A stretch of DNA of 64,000 nt, taken from the NCBI GenBank assembly GCA_965153285.1, contig OZ229115.1, one strand, 5' to 3'. This document shows, piece by piece, positions 35,501 through 48,221 of this stretch; the stretch's first letter is position 1; every line of letters starts with the position of its first letter. The notes under the pieces were generated by a model that saw only the letters and a list, made by a program, of their open reading frames with translations, ran no database searches and was not told the DNA's origin. Source of the stretch: Podarcis tiliguerta (taxonomy: Eukaryota). The translations under genes were made by a program, and so were the position numbers.

Positions 35501-38126
35501 GATTCATCAGAACATTAGTTGTTATATTTATCATGGTGCACTTGCAGTTCACTCACCTTGCTATGGGGCCCTGGTCCACAATGTTGGAATTACTGTGCTG
35601 AGGTGACAATTCAGCACTCAGGCGATCTGCATAGAGTTGTCTATTCTGTATAGACACCCTTATTCCTGCCCTGTGCAAGCCATTTAAACCCTGATCCACA
35701 GCTCTCCATTTAAAATAGGGAAAAAAACAGGTCTATTATTCCATATACCTGGCATGAATTCTAGCGTTGACAAAGAGAGAGAGAATGAACAACAACTCCC
35801 ATCAGCCCCAGCATAGCCAATGGGCTAGGATGATGGGCATTGTGCTTTAGCAACATCTGGGAGCCAAAGTTTTGCCACACCTGTTACAGGAGGTAGACAG
35901 TAGTGTTTTCATTTCATTTCAGAGGATCCCCAAAATACCATGCTGCTTTGTGGGATTTTATCATATGTACAACAAATACAGATACACAAGACTCCTTCTC
36001 CATGCTAGAATGGGAAGTTTGGCTTCCTTGATGGTTTCAGGTATTCTAGCTACCTGATTTAAGCATTTCCCAGATAAACTGTGCTGCTTTTTGTATTTGT
36101 ACTTCTGTTATTTCTGTTGTATTGTTTTGTTTGACATACCTGAATAAAAATCAAAGAAAAAAAATTCAGGATCAGGGCTTTTGAGAGTAAATTTTCCATT
36201 ATGGTGCGGAAACATTGGGTGGTATGGATTGCTTTGTTAATAAACCTGAAGAATAAACAGTAGCAGGAAAGGGGCTACATGCTCAGAGTGTTCAACTTAG
36301 CAGGCGTACAGTTGGTGGGCTGAATGTAATGAGCTAGTGAGATCCCTGGCTGGTTCCTAATTGCAATTCTTAAAAAAGAACACCTGTTTCAATCTTGCGG
36401 TCTCTTTTTATAATTAACACTTTTTCTTTTTGGGTGTGTCTTTGGTTTAGAGGAGACCTCTGGCTCTATTTGCAAGCTAAGCAGGGCTGAACAAGAGACA
36501 TCCAAGAAATCTTCTTAATGATGGGGTAATGACTTGAATATAATGTCTGTTCCTCCCCTTCAAATTAGCCCCCCTGTGGTGCATGTGAGAACTGTCTCTC
36601 TCTGCATTGCTGTCTTTCTTACTGTCCCATAAAACCCAGGACTCCCTGCGCTTTCCAAAAGTGCTTCACGTCTTCTAGCAAAAGTGAATCTATTAAGCCT
36701 ATTTTTTTCTGGCTAAAGTCCAACCTAAATAATTCGATTTTTTCCTGAGTCTGTTTTACCCACAATTTAATATCCTGTCCTAAATTGCTTGGTGATGTCG
36801 CTGTTGGTTATTTAACAGCTGTTGCATTCTGCCTCAGAGGTGGTTGCATTTCAGGGATTCCCTTCCCATCATGTTTTAAAATTGCTTTGAGATGAAAGGC
36901 TTTCTACAAATGATCTGTGTGTGTGTGTTATTGGGAAAGGAAGGGTTATAGAATTGCTGCTGGCTATGGGAAAATCTTGCTTGTTAGTTATTGTGCTGGG
37001 CGGATAGTGTGCATCTCACCCACTTTTCCTTTCTTTTTTTTTGCCATAGAGTCCAGCTCAGGCTGTGGAGAATTGTATTTGCAACGCATTTCTCTAAACA
37101 AGGATCTTAGTCTCCGGGAGCAAGGGACAAAAGGTCCCTTGTTCATTTAGTCCCATAGGATGTATAATTCCAACAGTCAGAAAGCAAATGTGAATCACTC
37201 TTCTCTCTGAATAAAACTTTTCCTGCTTCTCTTTATTCTGCCTCAGAGTGCAGAGCTTGGCTCTGGTAGTGATACAGACCTGGCTTTGAGCTGCAGAAAC
37301 CTTTCTTGTAAAATCAAAGGCATGTGTGCCAAAACAGAACGATGGTTAAGCCTGCTATTTGTGCTCTGCAGATCCTTGAGTGGAGGGTAGAGGAGGGGAG
37401 GATCCTGAAGAATTTGATTCTGATCAGGTCTGCTTTGGAGTGCTTAAACAGCCTGCCTTGTTTCTATGTCCTACAAATCACTCAATGTCTGTGGCCTGTC
37501 CTTGCCCTGCACATGAGTCTGCTATAGTGATGACACAGATGTAGAAAACTCTCTTAAAATCACACATTTGAATCCAGACTGCCTAGGTTTTCTAACCATT
37601 AGCACAGCCTCTGTGCTCCCATCAATATCTCCCTCTTATTGATGTTTACTGGCCTATTGCAAAATTTAGTTTGATGTGACTGACTGTCAGGCAGATTTGA
37701 AGGTTCCATTGGGAGACCGCACTCAGGAAGAGCCACTTCCAGTGTCGTCAGTCCCCTCCCAAGGTGATCCCTGGTGAGCTTACCTAGCAATGGGGGGTGG
37801 TAGCAACAGCAATCACTGCCAAGTGGATTGGAGCCACCATTTTAATTTCCCACAATGCTTCAGAGTGATGCTACATCAGGGGCATTGTTGGAATTGGCAG
37901 ATTCCAAACTATGCTTCCAAGGGAATCTAGGGTGTAGGTGTCAATGGTTGCCCCTGTGTGAAGTAACTAGGTTCCCGCAGGTTGTCAGAGAGTGCCACAT
38001 GCTAACACGCAGCTGGCTGTTAAGAATTCAGCTTGCTGTTGAGATCAAAGGAAGCTCAGGCAGGAAGTTAACACCACTCAGCTCTTGCCAAAAGAAGGTA
38101 GTATAGAGATAGAGTAACTGTCAAAT

Positions 38127-38448
38127 GAGGCCCTTACTTGGGTGCCTCTCCCATGAGAGGTCGAGAGGATGGCAACATGGGAACGGGCCTTTTCTGTGGT
38201 GGCTCCCCATTTGTGGAATGCTTGCCCCAGGTCCTTTCATTGCATATCTTTAGGCACTAAGCAAAAATATTTCTTTTCAGCCAGGCATTTGCCAAATTAA
38301 CATTCTATGGCCTTTGTGGGAAGGGGCTATTGGTTTGTTTTTGCTTTAGCTTTGTTATGCATTTGTTCTTTCATTTTGTATTTTTATGTAGTGAACTGCC
38401 CTGTGATCTTCGGATGAAGGGCGGTATAATAATATAATAATATAATTA
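38127..38448 (+). mobile_element. L2 LINE 3' end
   Basis: Encodes ...ERAFSVVAPHLWNA..., the L2 ORF2 C-terminal motif. Ends TGTAGTGAACTGCCCTGTGATCTTCGGATGAAGGGCGGTATAATAAT with a (TAA)-rich tail. Confidence 0.85.
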
Positions 38449-39431
38449 AAAACAATGTCTCTTTGTTATAGTCAAGCTATCCTTGGATTGACTCAGATAT
38501 TCTATCCCAGCTGTTTAGTCTTAAATGGGTACACTTTCCAGCTCAGGTTTCAATTTCAGGGCTTGTTATGCCTGTGTATCCTTTGAGACAAGCATTACCA
38601 AGATCTTGTCCTACATTTCCAGATCTGAATCTGCCAAACTTTGGTGCCTTGTATAAAAACTTCAAAGTCCATCTTGCTTGCTGATCTGAGCAACTAGGAA
38701 GTTTCTTCAGTTGGCTACAGACTAACTTTGCTGGGTTTGACACTTGAGTTGCCATAACAGTTTTATTTATAAAGTGCCATATTTGGCAAGCAGGCACTTG
38801 GTTTGTTTTATTTATTCTCCTTCTGTTGTAGTTTATTTTATTTTGTTGCAGCTTCTGTTTCCTTTAGCTCTCTGTCATGAATTTTTTTTATTATCATCAT
38901 CACTTTATTGTGCATTTTTTTTAAAAAAATGTTAGAAGCTCACTTGAGAGCCTTGGTGTTGAAAGGCAGGTTAGATATATGCTTTAAATAAATAAAAGAT
39001 TTTTTTTCTGGTATCTTTCTTTGGTGGGTTGAAACACCTAGGCAGGTACCACAACTATCCCACATACAATACTGCAGTAGCTTGACTGCCTTCATCTTAT
39101 GATTAGCTTATTGGATATGGTGCAGATTGAAAGCATTAGAGCATCTAGGAAAGAACCAAGACTGGAAAGGCATTGTGATAGTACTTGATAGTGGTGATGA
39201 TGCTGTTGCAGAGTGAATCAACTCAAGCACATGGTAACGCTTTATTTAAGGACAGCTGTAGCTGATTTTTACTCCCACTGGGGAGTAAACCTCATAACGT
39301 AAATATTCCTTTCCAAATAACTGATTAGGATTGCATCATTAACTCAGGGTCTATATCTGGGAGGCCAGGGGCTTCCTAGGTTTCAATAGCTGAGCAGCTT
39401 GCCTTTCTCCCATCCAGAGGTCATTCTAAAC

Positions 39432-39724
39432 CAGGCATGGGAAACTTCAACCCTGTGACGCCATAGTTCCAAAATAGCACACACCTGCCAATTATCTGAC
39501 CAATGGGCAGGTGACATCAGGTGATGGGCTGGGTGGCTGGGTTCATTTCTTTGTTGCAACTGGCATATGCAGACAAACTAGCAGGATTTAACTCCCCGCT
39601 TATCAGCAGATGAGTGTGGGGCTATATCTTGCATCATTTGTCTGTGTGTCCCACTTTCCCTGTTTGATTTATCTCCTGTTGGGAAGGTATAAACCTGGTC
39701 TACTGGTCTACTTCCTCACGCCTT
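39432..39724. mobile_element. hAT MITE, old
   Basis: Ends CAGGCATGGGAAAC / CTTCCTCACGCCTT; TSD TTCTAAAC / ACCTAAAC. Confidence 0.6.
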
Positions 39725-39777
39725 ACCTAAACTGTAACTCTGGGTTTATGGAGAAAGCCCGTCTACATGCTATACAT

Positions 39778-39813
39778 TGAAGGTAGGCAATGTAGTGAAG
39801 GTAGGCAATGTAG
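39778..39813. repeat. Perfect 18-bp tandem duplication
   Basis: TGAAGGTAGGCAATGTAG x2, at the left edge of a palindromic MITE. Confidence 0.9.
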
Positions 39814-40456
39814 TGCTGTCCAGATTTCGTTGGATCCGCAACTACCATCAACTTCAATTAGTATGACTAAAGGCCAGGGATTATGGGAGTTATAATCCAA
39901 CATCTCGAGGGCATCACCCCTGCTGCAGATAACAGAAACCACATATTTGGGTAGTGTCCAACAATGCCCGGTGGAAACCCAGCTGTGTGACATAGCAGCC
40001 ATGCCATGCCATTAAGTAGAAGGTCCCTGAACTCACCTTGGAGGGGCAACAAGATCCTTGCATCTCTCAGGTGGATTGCCTTGCTTCTCCACTCCCCTAG
40101 AGGACTGGGTCTGAGGTGGTATTGGAAGTAGCCAATACTGCTCCTTCCATGCAGTCTCAGGGATCTTACATGAGTGTAGCAGCACAAGAAGAAATGGCAC
40201 TGTAGCAATTCTTGCAGAAAGGTTATTAAGAATGAGCCTTCACATTGGGTAATGGTGTCTCTGGCGCAACAAGAAAACAATACAAGTAAACAGGCTGTGG
40301 ATGTTAAGTCAGAACTGTCAGGGGATATCTAGGGCTGGACTTTGAGAACATGCAGGCAGTTTAGTATGACCACTCTGATTCCCTTCTTCCTACCCCAGAT
40401 CTGGTGTGAGGCTATTTCATGAAACATACATGGGTTTGCCTTCCCATTTAAAAGTG

Positions 40457-40777
40457 TGATGGCTGTGTTCTACTTCCGTTGTCAGAGGCAGCAATGCTTC
40501 TGAATGTCAGTTGCTTGAAACCACAGGAGGGTAGAGTGCTGTTTTACATAGCTCCTGCATGTAGGCTTCCCATGCCCACTGTGAGAACAGGAAGTTAATT
40601 AGATCAATGTTTCCCAGTTTAGATCTGTTGTTGGACTACAACCCCCATCATCCCTAGCAGTTATGACCAGTGGTCAGGGATGATGTGAACTGTAGTCCAA
40701 AACCAGCTGGAGAGCCAAGTTTGAGAAATACTGGGCTAGATGGACCACTGGCCTGATCCAGCAGACCCTTCTTATGT
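40457..40777 (+). mobile_element. CR1-type 3' UTR remnant interrupted by a MITE
   Basis: ATGGCTGTGTTCTACTTCC...CACTGTGAGAACAGG [MITE] CTAGATGGACCACTGGCCTGATCCAGCAGACCCTTCTTATGT. Related remnants lie at ~22710-22980 and ~57667-58245. Confidence 0.7.
40605..40733. mobile_element. Palindromic hAT (Charlie-like) MITE
   Basis: Ends CAATGTTTCCCA...TGAGAAATACTG; internal palindrome TTGGACTACAACCCCCATCATCCCT...AGGGATGATGTGAACTGTAGTCCAA; degenerate 8-bp TSD AATTAGAT/GGCTAGAT. Confidence 0.85.
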
Positions 40778-41913
40778 GTGGCACACCAGCATCATGGCAA
40801 TACTGGTGCTAGTACATGAATATGATTCTTAGAGCTCTCTTGCGTTCTTGCTCCCCTGGTTTGAAAACATTAGCTCTCCTCCACATCACTTGTCCGTGTC
40901 TGGGTTTGCCCTTGGGGACAAAACACAGAAGGCAACGTACGTGCCAACCGCTGAGTAATTTGTAGAGAAAATTGTTTTGGGTGTAGCATTCCCCCTTGGA
41001 CCTGCATTGCTCTGGCTTGGTGAATCTGACACAAAGCTGTCATTGTCTGTACAGTTATGTTTCATTCCCACATGCCATGCAATCAGGGTTGCAGTAAAAA
41101 AGAGACTCCACTCTGCCTGGGAATAAAACTCTGCTAAAGATCAGCTATAAACCCCGCCTGTGTGGCAAGAAATAGCCAGTGAAAAGGAATTCATTAACCT
41201 CAGGCAGTTAAAGGAGCCTGAAGTACAGTACAGTACACCAAGCAGAAGGCAACAGAAAGCTAGAGTCAGCATTGTTAACAGAGCTGGCTCAGTAGAGAGA
41301 CAAAAAACCCCAACAAGCCTTGATTGGTGCAAATGAAAGCATTCATTTTGGTTCATAATGATTCCTTGTGTCACGTTATTCATTATTACTTGTGTGTATT
41401 TGGGCAGCTGCCTGAAGGAAACATTTGCAGATTCCAACAACTCGGGAAGTTCTGGCACCAGCAATTAGTTCCTTGCAGGGAAATTCAGACTGGAAAGCTT
41501 CTAGTGAGCTGCGTGTGTGTATTTCTTGTTGGATTCGTTTTATCATTTATTTGATCTGCTGGAGAACAGTAATTGTGGGGTGTGTCTGTGTCTAATGGTT
41601 GGTCCCCAGACTATTCAGTGAATCCTAATAGATAACAATTGCAGTTTGAATTAAAACCTCGCAATTTAGGTATAACCCTAATAGCAAAACATCTGAACCA
41701 GCTTATATGGGGAATGTGCATGTCATATAAATATATCATTACTGGAAGTAGATGAACTAAAGGCTGCATAGATCTTATGGTCCTCAAACACTATGTCCAT
41801 TGATGTCTGTCCCAAAGTTATATGAATATGCTAAGCTAAGTAAAGCAGCAGTCATAATGAAGATGACCAAGGGGAGAAAGAAGGGGAGGAAATCAGCCCA
41901 AAGACAATTGAAT

Positions 41914-42063
41914 TCAGAAGGTCCCAGTTTCAATAGCTGGTGTGTCTAGGGAGGGCTGGGAGCGACTCCTGTCTGAAACCCTGCAGAGCTGCTGCCAGTC
42001 AATGTAGACAGTACCAAACTACATGGACCAATTGTCCAAGTTGGCATAAGCCAGCTTCCCGTG
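41914..42063 (+). mobile_element. tRNA(Ala)-like-headed SINE, 5'-truncated copy
   Basis: CAGAAGGTCCCAG...CTGAAACCCTGCAGAGCTGCTGCCAGTCAATGTAGACA...CAGCTTCC; homologous to 3947-4140. Confidence 0.8.
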
Positions 42064-45000
42064 GTACATATTAATATTATTGCATACACTTGCACTAGTT
42101 TGTGTTAGCTTATTTATCCCCATGCTGCAGCAGTCCTTAGGCGATAAATCCTGCCAACACAGAAGACTTAGTAAATTGTCTTAGGATCAAGGGTGTGGTT
42201 TAAATCCCTTAAATGAATATTTATTTTATCTTCAGCATATGCTGGCTTTCCCCCAGAAGTCATCACAGAAGAGGCTTTGCAAATATCTCTACTATCTCTT
42301 GGCTTAATCTACTTCACAGTATCGTTGGAATAAATTTGTACTCTAACATGTAAAGCACCCTACAGGTGTTGCTGAACTATAGCTCCTGTCATCCTGACCC
42401 TTTGTCATGCTCGCTAGGGCTGGTGGGAGTTTGAGTCTAACGACTGGAAGACCACAGCCAGGTTAGCAATTCCTGCTGTGGAAGAAAGGGTATACATGTA
42501 ATAAATGAATAAAACATCTATTCCTGACTAGTTACATTGGCAGGGCCTTTAATAGCTCTCTAGGTGTCTTGGTAATGCAGGGTTGTGCAGTGCTAGACTC
42601 CCATTTTCCCAGGACCTCTAGTTCAGAGCCCAGTATATCATAGTTACTGTATTGAAAAGCATTGGATAATTCACTCACCAAGGCCTTCTGAACGATATCC
42701 ATTAAAGCCAATACAACAACTACTGCTGCTACTGCCATTACTACACATTTATATAGGTATCCTTTTAGTGTTCACAGGGCTTCTCTCTCCCTCTCCCTCT
42801 CCTTCCCACTCTCACATACAATCTCAATCCTTACACTCCTGTGCCAGACTTCCATCTTCAGAATTTTTGGCTTTAAGAAATTATTTTTTTAAAGGTTCAG
42901 TTTTATGTTTGTACGTAGAACTTAAGAGAGCATTTGACACTGTTGCCTGCAAGTAGTACCACACCCACCCAAGTGCAAGGGCAAATCAGCTGGATAAATA
43001 AATGTTCGCCTTTTGGAGCCTGTGATTATATAAGCCAGGCAGAAGAGGGGCTAATCCTAGCTACCTAAGTTGGTCTTATTTGTTTAAGCTCCGGAGTATT
43101 CAAAAGTGCCACAAGGCAGTTGTTTTTGCTATAACAGGATAGGGAGGCTACTCCTTTAAAATTTATAGAAAGTATTTGACTAAAGCTATGGAAATGAAGG
43201 CCCTGGAGAGCCTTGCTGGCTCATTGTGAATTACTCACCCACTCACAGCTTGGCAGATGCTAATCAGAGAATTCCCTTTGGCTACTTCCCCTTTCTCAGT
43301 GGGAACACTTCATTTCTATGCTTTTTTACTCAGTTGTGCTTTGGTTTAGGCTCACAGAGCGTATGTAAGAACAGGGCCATCAGGAGACCTTGTCTAGTTC
43401 AACCCTGTATGCTTTGTGGGTGGGGTGGGGGAGCTATCTTTGCTCTTCCAACTTAGAGACATCAAGTTCAAAACGGACCACTGTGTATGTTTTGCATTGA
43501 TTTTAATTCCCGGTTGCCTGCTGTGGAGACACTCTTGAATCAGGCCGAATGTCTTAAATTGCTCTACTTGAGACTGATTTTGATTATAAACAAGGCAAAA
43601 GTGATTTAAGATAGGCTTGGATTGGGTCTTGTCCATTTGATGGGCTTGATAAACTGAAAGATAGCTGGGTGAATGGGTTTGCAGCAGGTTTGCAATTAGT
43701 TAGGTATTCATATTGCACTTCACACCAGTCAATACTGCTACACGCCACCCTAGTCTCTGAGTGGGTCAAGATTTCAGGGGTTCCAGGCATGCTTACCCAG
43801 AGTCCGTGTTTCCTTTTGAAAAACGAGGCACGGCGGAGACTGTGGTGTCTTTATGGTATATGGTTTATATACAATTGAGCCTACGATGGAGGGTTTCACA
43901 GCATTACACTCAAATAGGGTCTTGCCTCCTCCATAAGTGCAGCATGGGATTCAAGCAGATATCAGCCATTGCTCTGCCACCTGCTTTCTGCTTATCACAG
44001 AACATAACTCCTACTCCCAGTTTCTAACTCACTGCTTTATCTGCAAAGTGAAAGGGGCCTCAGCCCTTTGCCATCCTTTGATGCTTTGTTGTCCTAGTGG
44101 GTCATCACACCCAGGCTAACATGTCATGCAGGAGGTTTGGCCTGGCTTAATTAGCTTTTGTCACATTGTGGGAAGCACTAGCTTGGGCTAATTAGCTGTT
44201 GGCATATGTTGATTACAGGATTTAGAAGCATCTAGTACACAGCATAAATGTGCACGGGGCTGGCCCCATGCACATGATCTAATAAACAGGGTCTAGCTAT
44301 GTTTTAAAACCTCCTAGCCATAATTAAATCATAACCCACTGGACCCAGAAATTTAATGGTATCTAGCACTCAGATCTCATAGCAATACATTTGCCCACCC
44401 ACTTATAGTGGTTAAGTAGCTGAACTTTGGATCTGAGTTCTAGTCTTTCCTGTGGAAGTACAGTACTGTGCTATTAGGACATATATGTGTACATGTAACC
44501 TCAAAACAGTAGTCAGCATGTTCATGGTTTTGTTTCCCCCCTTGTAATGCGAGACTTCCCCTGCCTTGCCTTCACACTGCAAGTGACAGATATTTTTGTT
44601 TCCAGTTCCAATGCTGATTTCACTTTCAGTGCTGTAGATGTGGGATGGGAATTCAAACCACTTCCTCTGCAGAAGGAAATAAACCACATTTGAAATCTCA
44701 CTGACAGGGAGCCCTACTTGCAAAGGACAATCAGGAACTTGCTTTAAGCTTCCAATTGTTCATTTGTAGCCACTTCTGATGTGACATATGGTATCAGGTG
44801 TGGAACATGTCTGGGTGGTTTGTGGAGAACAGCCTTGCGGGCCCAATTAGTTGTGTGTCTTTTAGAGTCCTTTAAAATATATACACATTGTGTGTATAAA
44901 GCATTTGCACATCTTGGGATAGCAATGTGCACTTTTCTTGTCTTAAAAGTGTCTTGGGCAATCCTGAAACTCAGTACAGGTGGCGACCATTTTAGGCCTG

Positions 45001-45552
45001 TCCAATTGATGCGTGATTGCCAATACGCAGGTCCTTTTGGACCTGGAAGAGGGCGGAACAGAGGCAGAACTGGGGGTGTAATGAGGAGGAATGTGATTGG
45101 GGCATGCTTATGCACATTGTGGCAAAGCATACAGGAGCCGAGTATGGAACATCCATGCAAAATAGTCGCCAACTGTACCCTATTTTGCCAATTCAGAGTA
45201 AACACTTGAACAATTTGATCTCCATATGGGCTCATTTAAAGGAAGTGCATAGAAAGAGGGTGCTTTATCGTCAACTTGCTGATAATGTGGCTTGCCCTTT
45301 AGAGTAGAGAGTAAGATGACTGTTGTCATTTGTTGTACATCTGAATGGTGCTGAAATAGTTACTTCAGGGATAGATTGTGCTGTGGATAACTGCAGTCCT
45401 TTCTTTTGGTCCTGTTGAATAAGCCTGATAACTGTGTAGAGCCCTATTTCTTATCACACTCCACAGTAACTTTCACAGGAACTCTATATGACAGCAAAGG
45501 GAGCTGTCTGGCTTTATCTCCCAATACATTGCTCAACCAGAAATCAGGTGAA

Positions 45553-45601
45553 ATTGCTATGGCAACTGGCAGATGACAGTGAGTCTTGTTACCTTGGAAA
45601 C
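45553..45601. promoter_or_regulatory. Paired RFX X-box motifs flanking E-box/MEIS motifs (candidate enhancer)
   Basis: ATTGCTATGGCAAC (45553-45566), CAGATG (45570-45575) overlapping TGACAG (45574-45579), and GTTACCTTGGAAAC (45588-45601). Motif match only. Confidence 0.4.
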
Positions 45602-48130
45602 AAGGCAAAAATCCAAGAAAAGACCCATCTGTAATTTTGAATTTCCATATGCCTGTTCAAACTAATTTTTTTTACAAGAGAGAGGAAAGGAAATGATACT
45701 TGCCTGCTGTTCTAGGATGCAGCCCCATCTGTGTGAACAAAGCATCTTAGAAACTTCTGAGAGATTTGGCTAATGGAACACAGTATTGTGCCACTGCTCC
45801 CCTCCTTCTATTTTTAACCTTTATTTTCCAACTGTAGGTGTTTTTAAAAATAATATTTAGGTAGAGAGATGTGTGAGTGTGTGTTCCCAAAGCACTAACT
45901 AATATATGCATATATTTGAAAATAGTAGAAGATCATTTATTTTTTAATTGGTCCCTCTGATAAATTCTTCCCTGGAGTCATTCCTTTTTTGGGTTCTGCC
46001 TAGCTTACCATGTTACCTAGATATTATCTGTTACTTTTGCAATTGTCTCCAAAGAGTGTGTGTGTGTGTGTAGCGATCATATACCGAGTCTGTATTACTT
46101 CCCTCCACTTTAGATGGTTGAGTGATCTCTGGATCTATGGCTTGCTGGGAGAATGGGACAAATGTCCCATTTGTCTAACAAATGGTGTTGTGGTGGTTGT
46201 ATAGGAGCTAGACATGTCTAAAGAGTTTCCCATTGCAGAGAAGACGGAATGGCAATATTGTCTGGTAGATGGAGAACCCATTTGGGATTCTGCATGTGCG
46301 TGTGAAAGCCTAATTAACTAGATTTATAGACTTTCTTTCCTGAGAAACTTTGAATCCCTTTTAAAAGCTTGGCTTCCTTAAGCCTGATTATGTTCAAGTT
46401 TTGGGTCTCTTAGCTCCCTTCAGTTTATTAAGAGAGATTCACATGACTTAGCAGCAGAAGCTGGCCGCAAAATGCTGATTGGGCTGAAATGAAAGTTCTT
46501 TTCTCTACCGGTAGGCACTGAAGCCACTGTTCTGTGCCCTCTGCCTTCCAGTCCCTCTAAATCATGAGTTAAAGCATCTGTGTCAGCACAATGTTCTGAA
46601 TAGGTATGAGCAGAGTTTTTGAAGTGGGAAACCCCTTGCTGGTTCCTATGGCTGAGCGGAGTTTTGTGTTTCGGAGTGATGATTTCATTCCTGCAGCTGC
46701 CATTTTTATGGCTCTTAAGGAGACCTTTTTAAGCAACTGAAGGCTCCACCATCCCAGCCAATATCGGTCCAGAGCCAAGCCTTGGATGAACAAAACACAT
46801 GCAACTTAAAGGACCACAAAGTTCACCTTTTGTCTCTCTCAGTTTAGATTTGGGATTGAGATGAAATTCATGATACCTTCAAAACAGGCTTGTAAATAGC
46901 CACTCAGCTGGCCACCTGTGAAAAGCAAGAACTGATCCCAGTTGACTGGGAAGCATTCTTTCTGTGTGTGTATGTGTGTATAAATTGGGAGTTTTCTCTC
47001 TTTCAAGACAATGGTATATGTGAGCAAACAGCCTGTTTAAAAATAGTTAACATTTGTAGACTTGTTTCCTAAATTGTTTTAGATCCCTGCAATCTTCAAA
47101 CTGGAAAAGATTTGCCACCTCTGCATTAGAACAATCTCTAATTAGGCAAGGTTAGGCAATGTTAGGCATACGCAGTACCTACAGTATGCCCCATAGCCTG
47201 CACTCTGCTATTATTATTATACCATGATGTGACTCATCCCACGTTAGTCATTCCAGGTGAAAAGTTGGAGGGGGCAACAGGTAACTCAGAAGCAGTGTAG
47301 TATACATAATTATTTCTTGATAAGTCCAATACTGTCCAAACAATTTGAGGTGGCACAGAATTAAACAGATTATTATATTATATACTATATTTTATAAACA
47401 GATTACCAAATTTACAGTGTGCTAAAACTAACCAGTCAACCAACCAACAAAATTCCATCAAATTTGTTAGTGCTTCTAGATGCCCTTTTCAACTGTACCA
47501 AGTGGATGTAAATGTTTTGTTTTGATAGCATGTCTCACTTGCTTCCAGGTTAAAATGTCTAGAGAAGGGAAACATGCAGGATTAGGCACCAGGTGATAGG
47601 GGCATTCCTCTCAGCTGTTACGTTGATGAGCATCTCATAACTGATAAAATCCTGTCTGCTACCAAAGTTTTAAGGGATGAACTGGCATTTGCAAAAGGTT
47701 TACAACCAGCTGTAATACATAGAATTGAGAAAGAACCTTTAATGAGTATTTATTTTATTTTTTGGTATGAGTGACCCAGAATATTTTTTTAAATGCTCAG
47801 TGATTGTCAGGGAAACAAAAATAGCTCTTGGTTGATAACTTAGTTCCTTAAATAGCTGTTGAGATTTGGGAGTGAAGGAGAATTAATTTAACAGTGAAGG
47901 CGATTTTAACAAGTTGCTTATGCATCCAAGACCAGCTGTGCATGAAAATGGCTCAGAGATAGATTCTGTGTTAGTGATTCCAAAACCATCTAATTCTATT
48001 TGTAAAGGCTTTCTAAATGGTAATCATGCTATGTGTGAAAGATGATAGTCCTCAGGGGTCAGGGGGATTTTTCCTCCTGCCCCTGAAAGCATGGTAGAGG
48101 ACACAAGGAATTAATACTTTCATCATTGCC

Positions 48131-48221
48131 TAGGGTTGCCACTGCAGAATCACCAGAAATGCTAAGATGAAATGGCCCAGTGGCCTGATGCCCTTTGGCA
48201 GATGTAAATTTAGCAACCTTA
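48131..48221. mobile_element. Short MITE remnant with TAGGGTTGCC-type termini
   Basis: TAGGGTTGCCA ... TAGCAACCTTA inverted ends. Confidence 0.4.

Noticed and set aside
44744-45307. Overlapping 163/142/96-aa ORFs on both strands
   Set aside because: No recognisable homology, codon bias or splice structure; compatible with chance.
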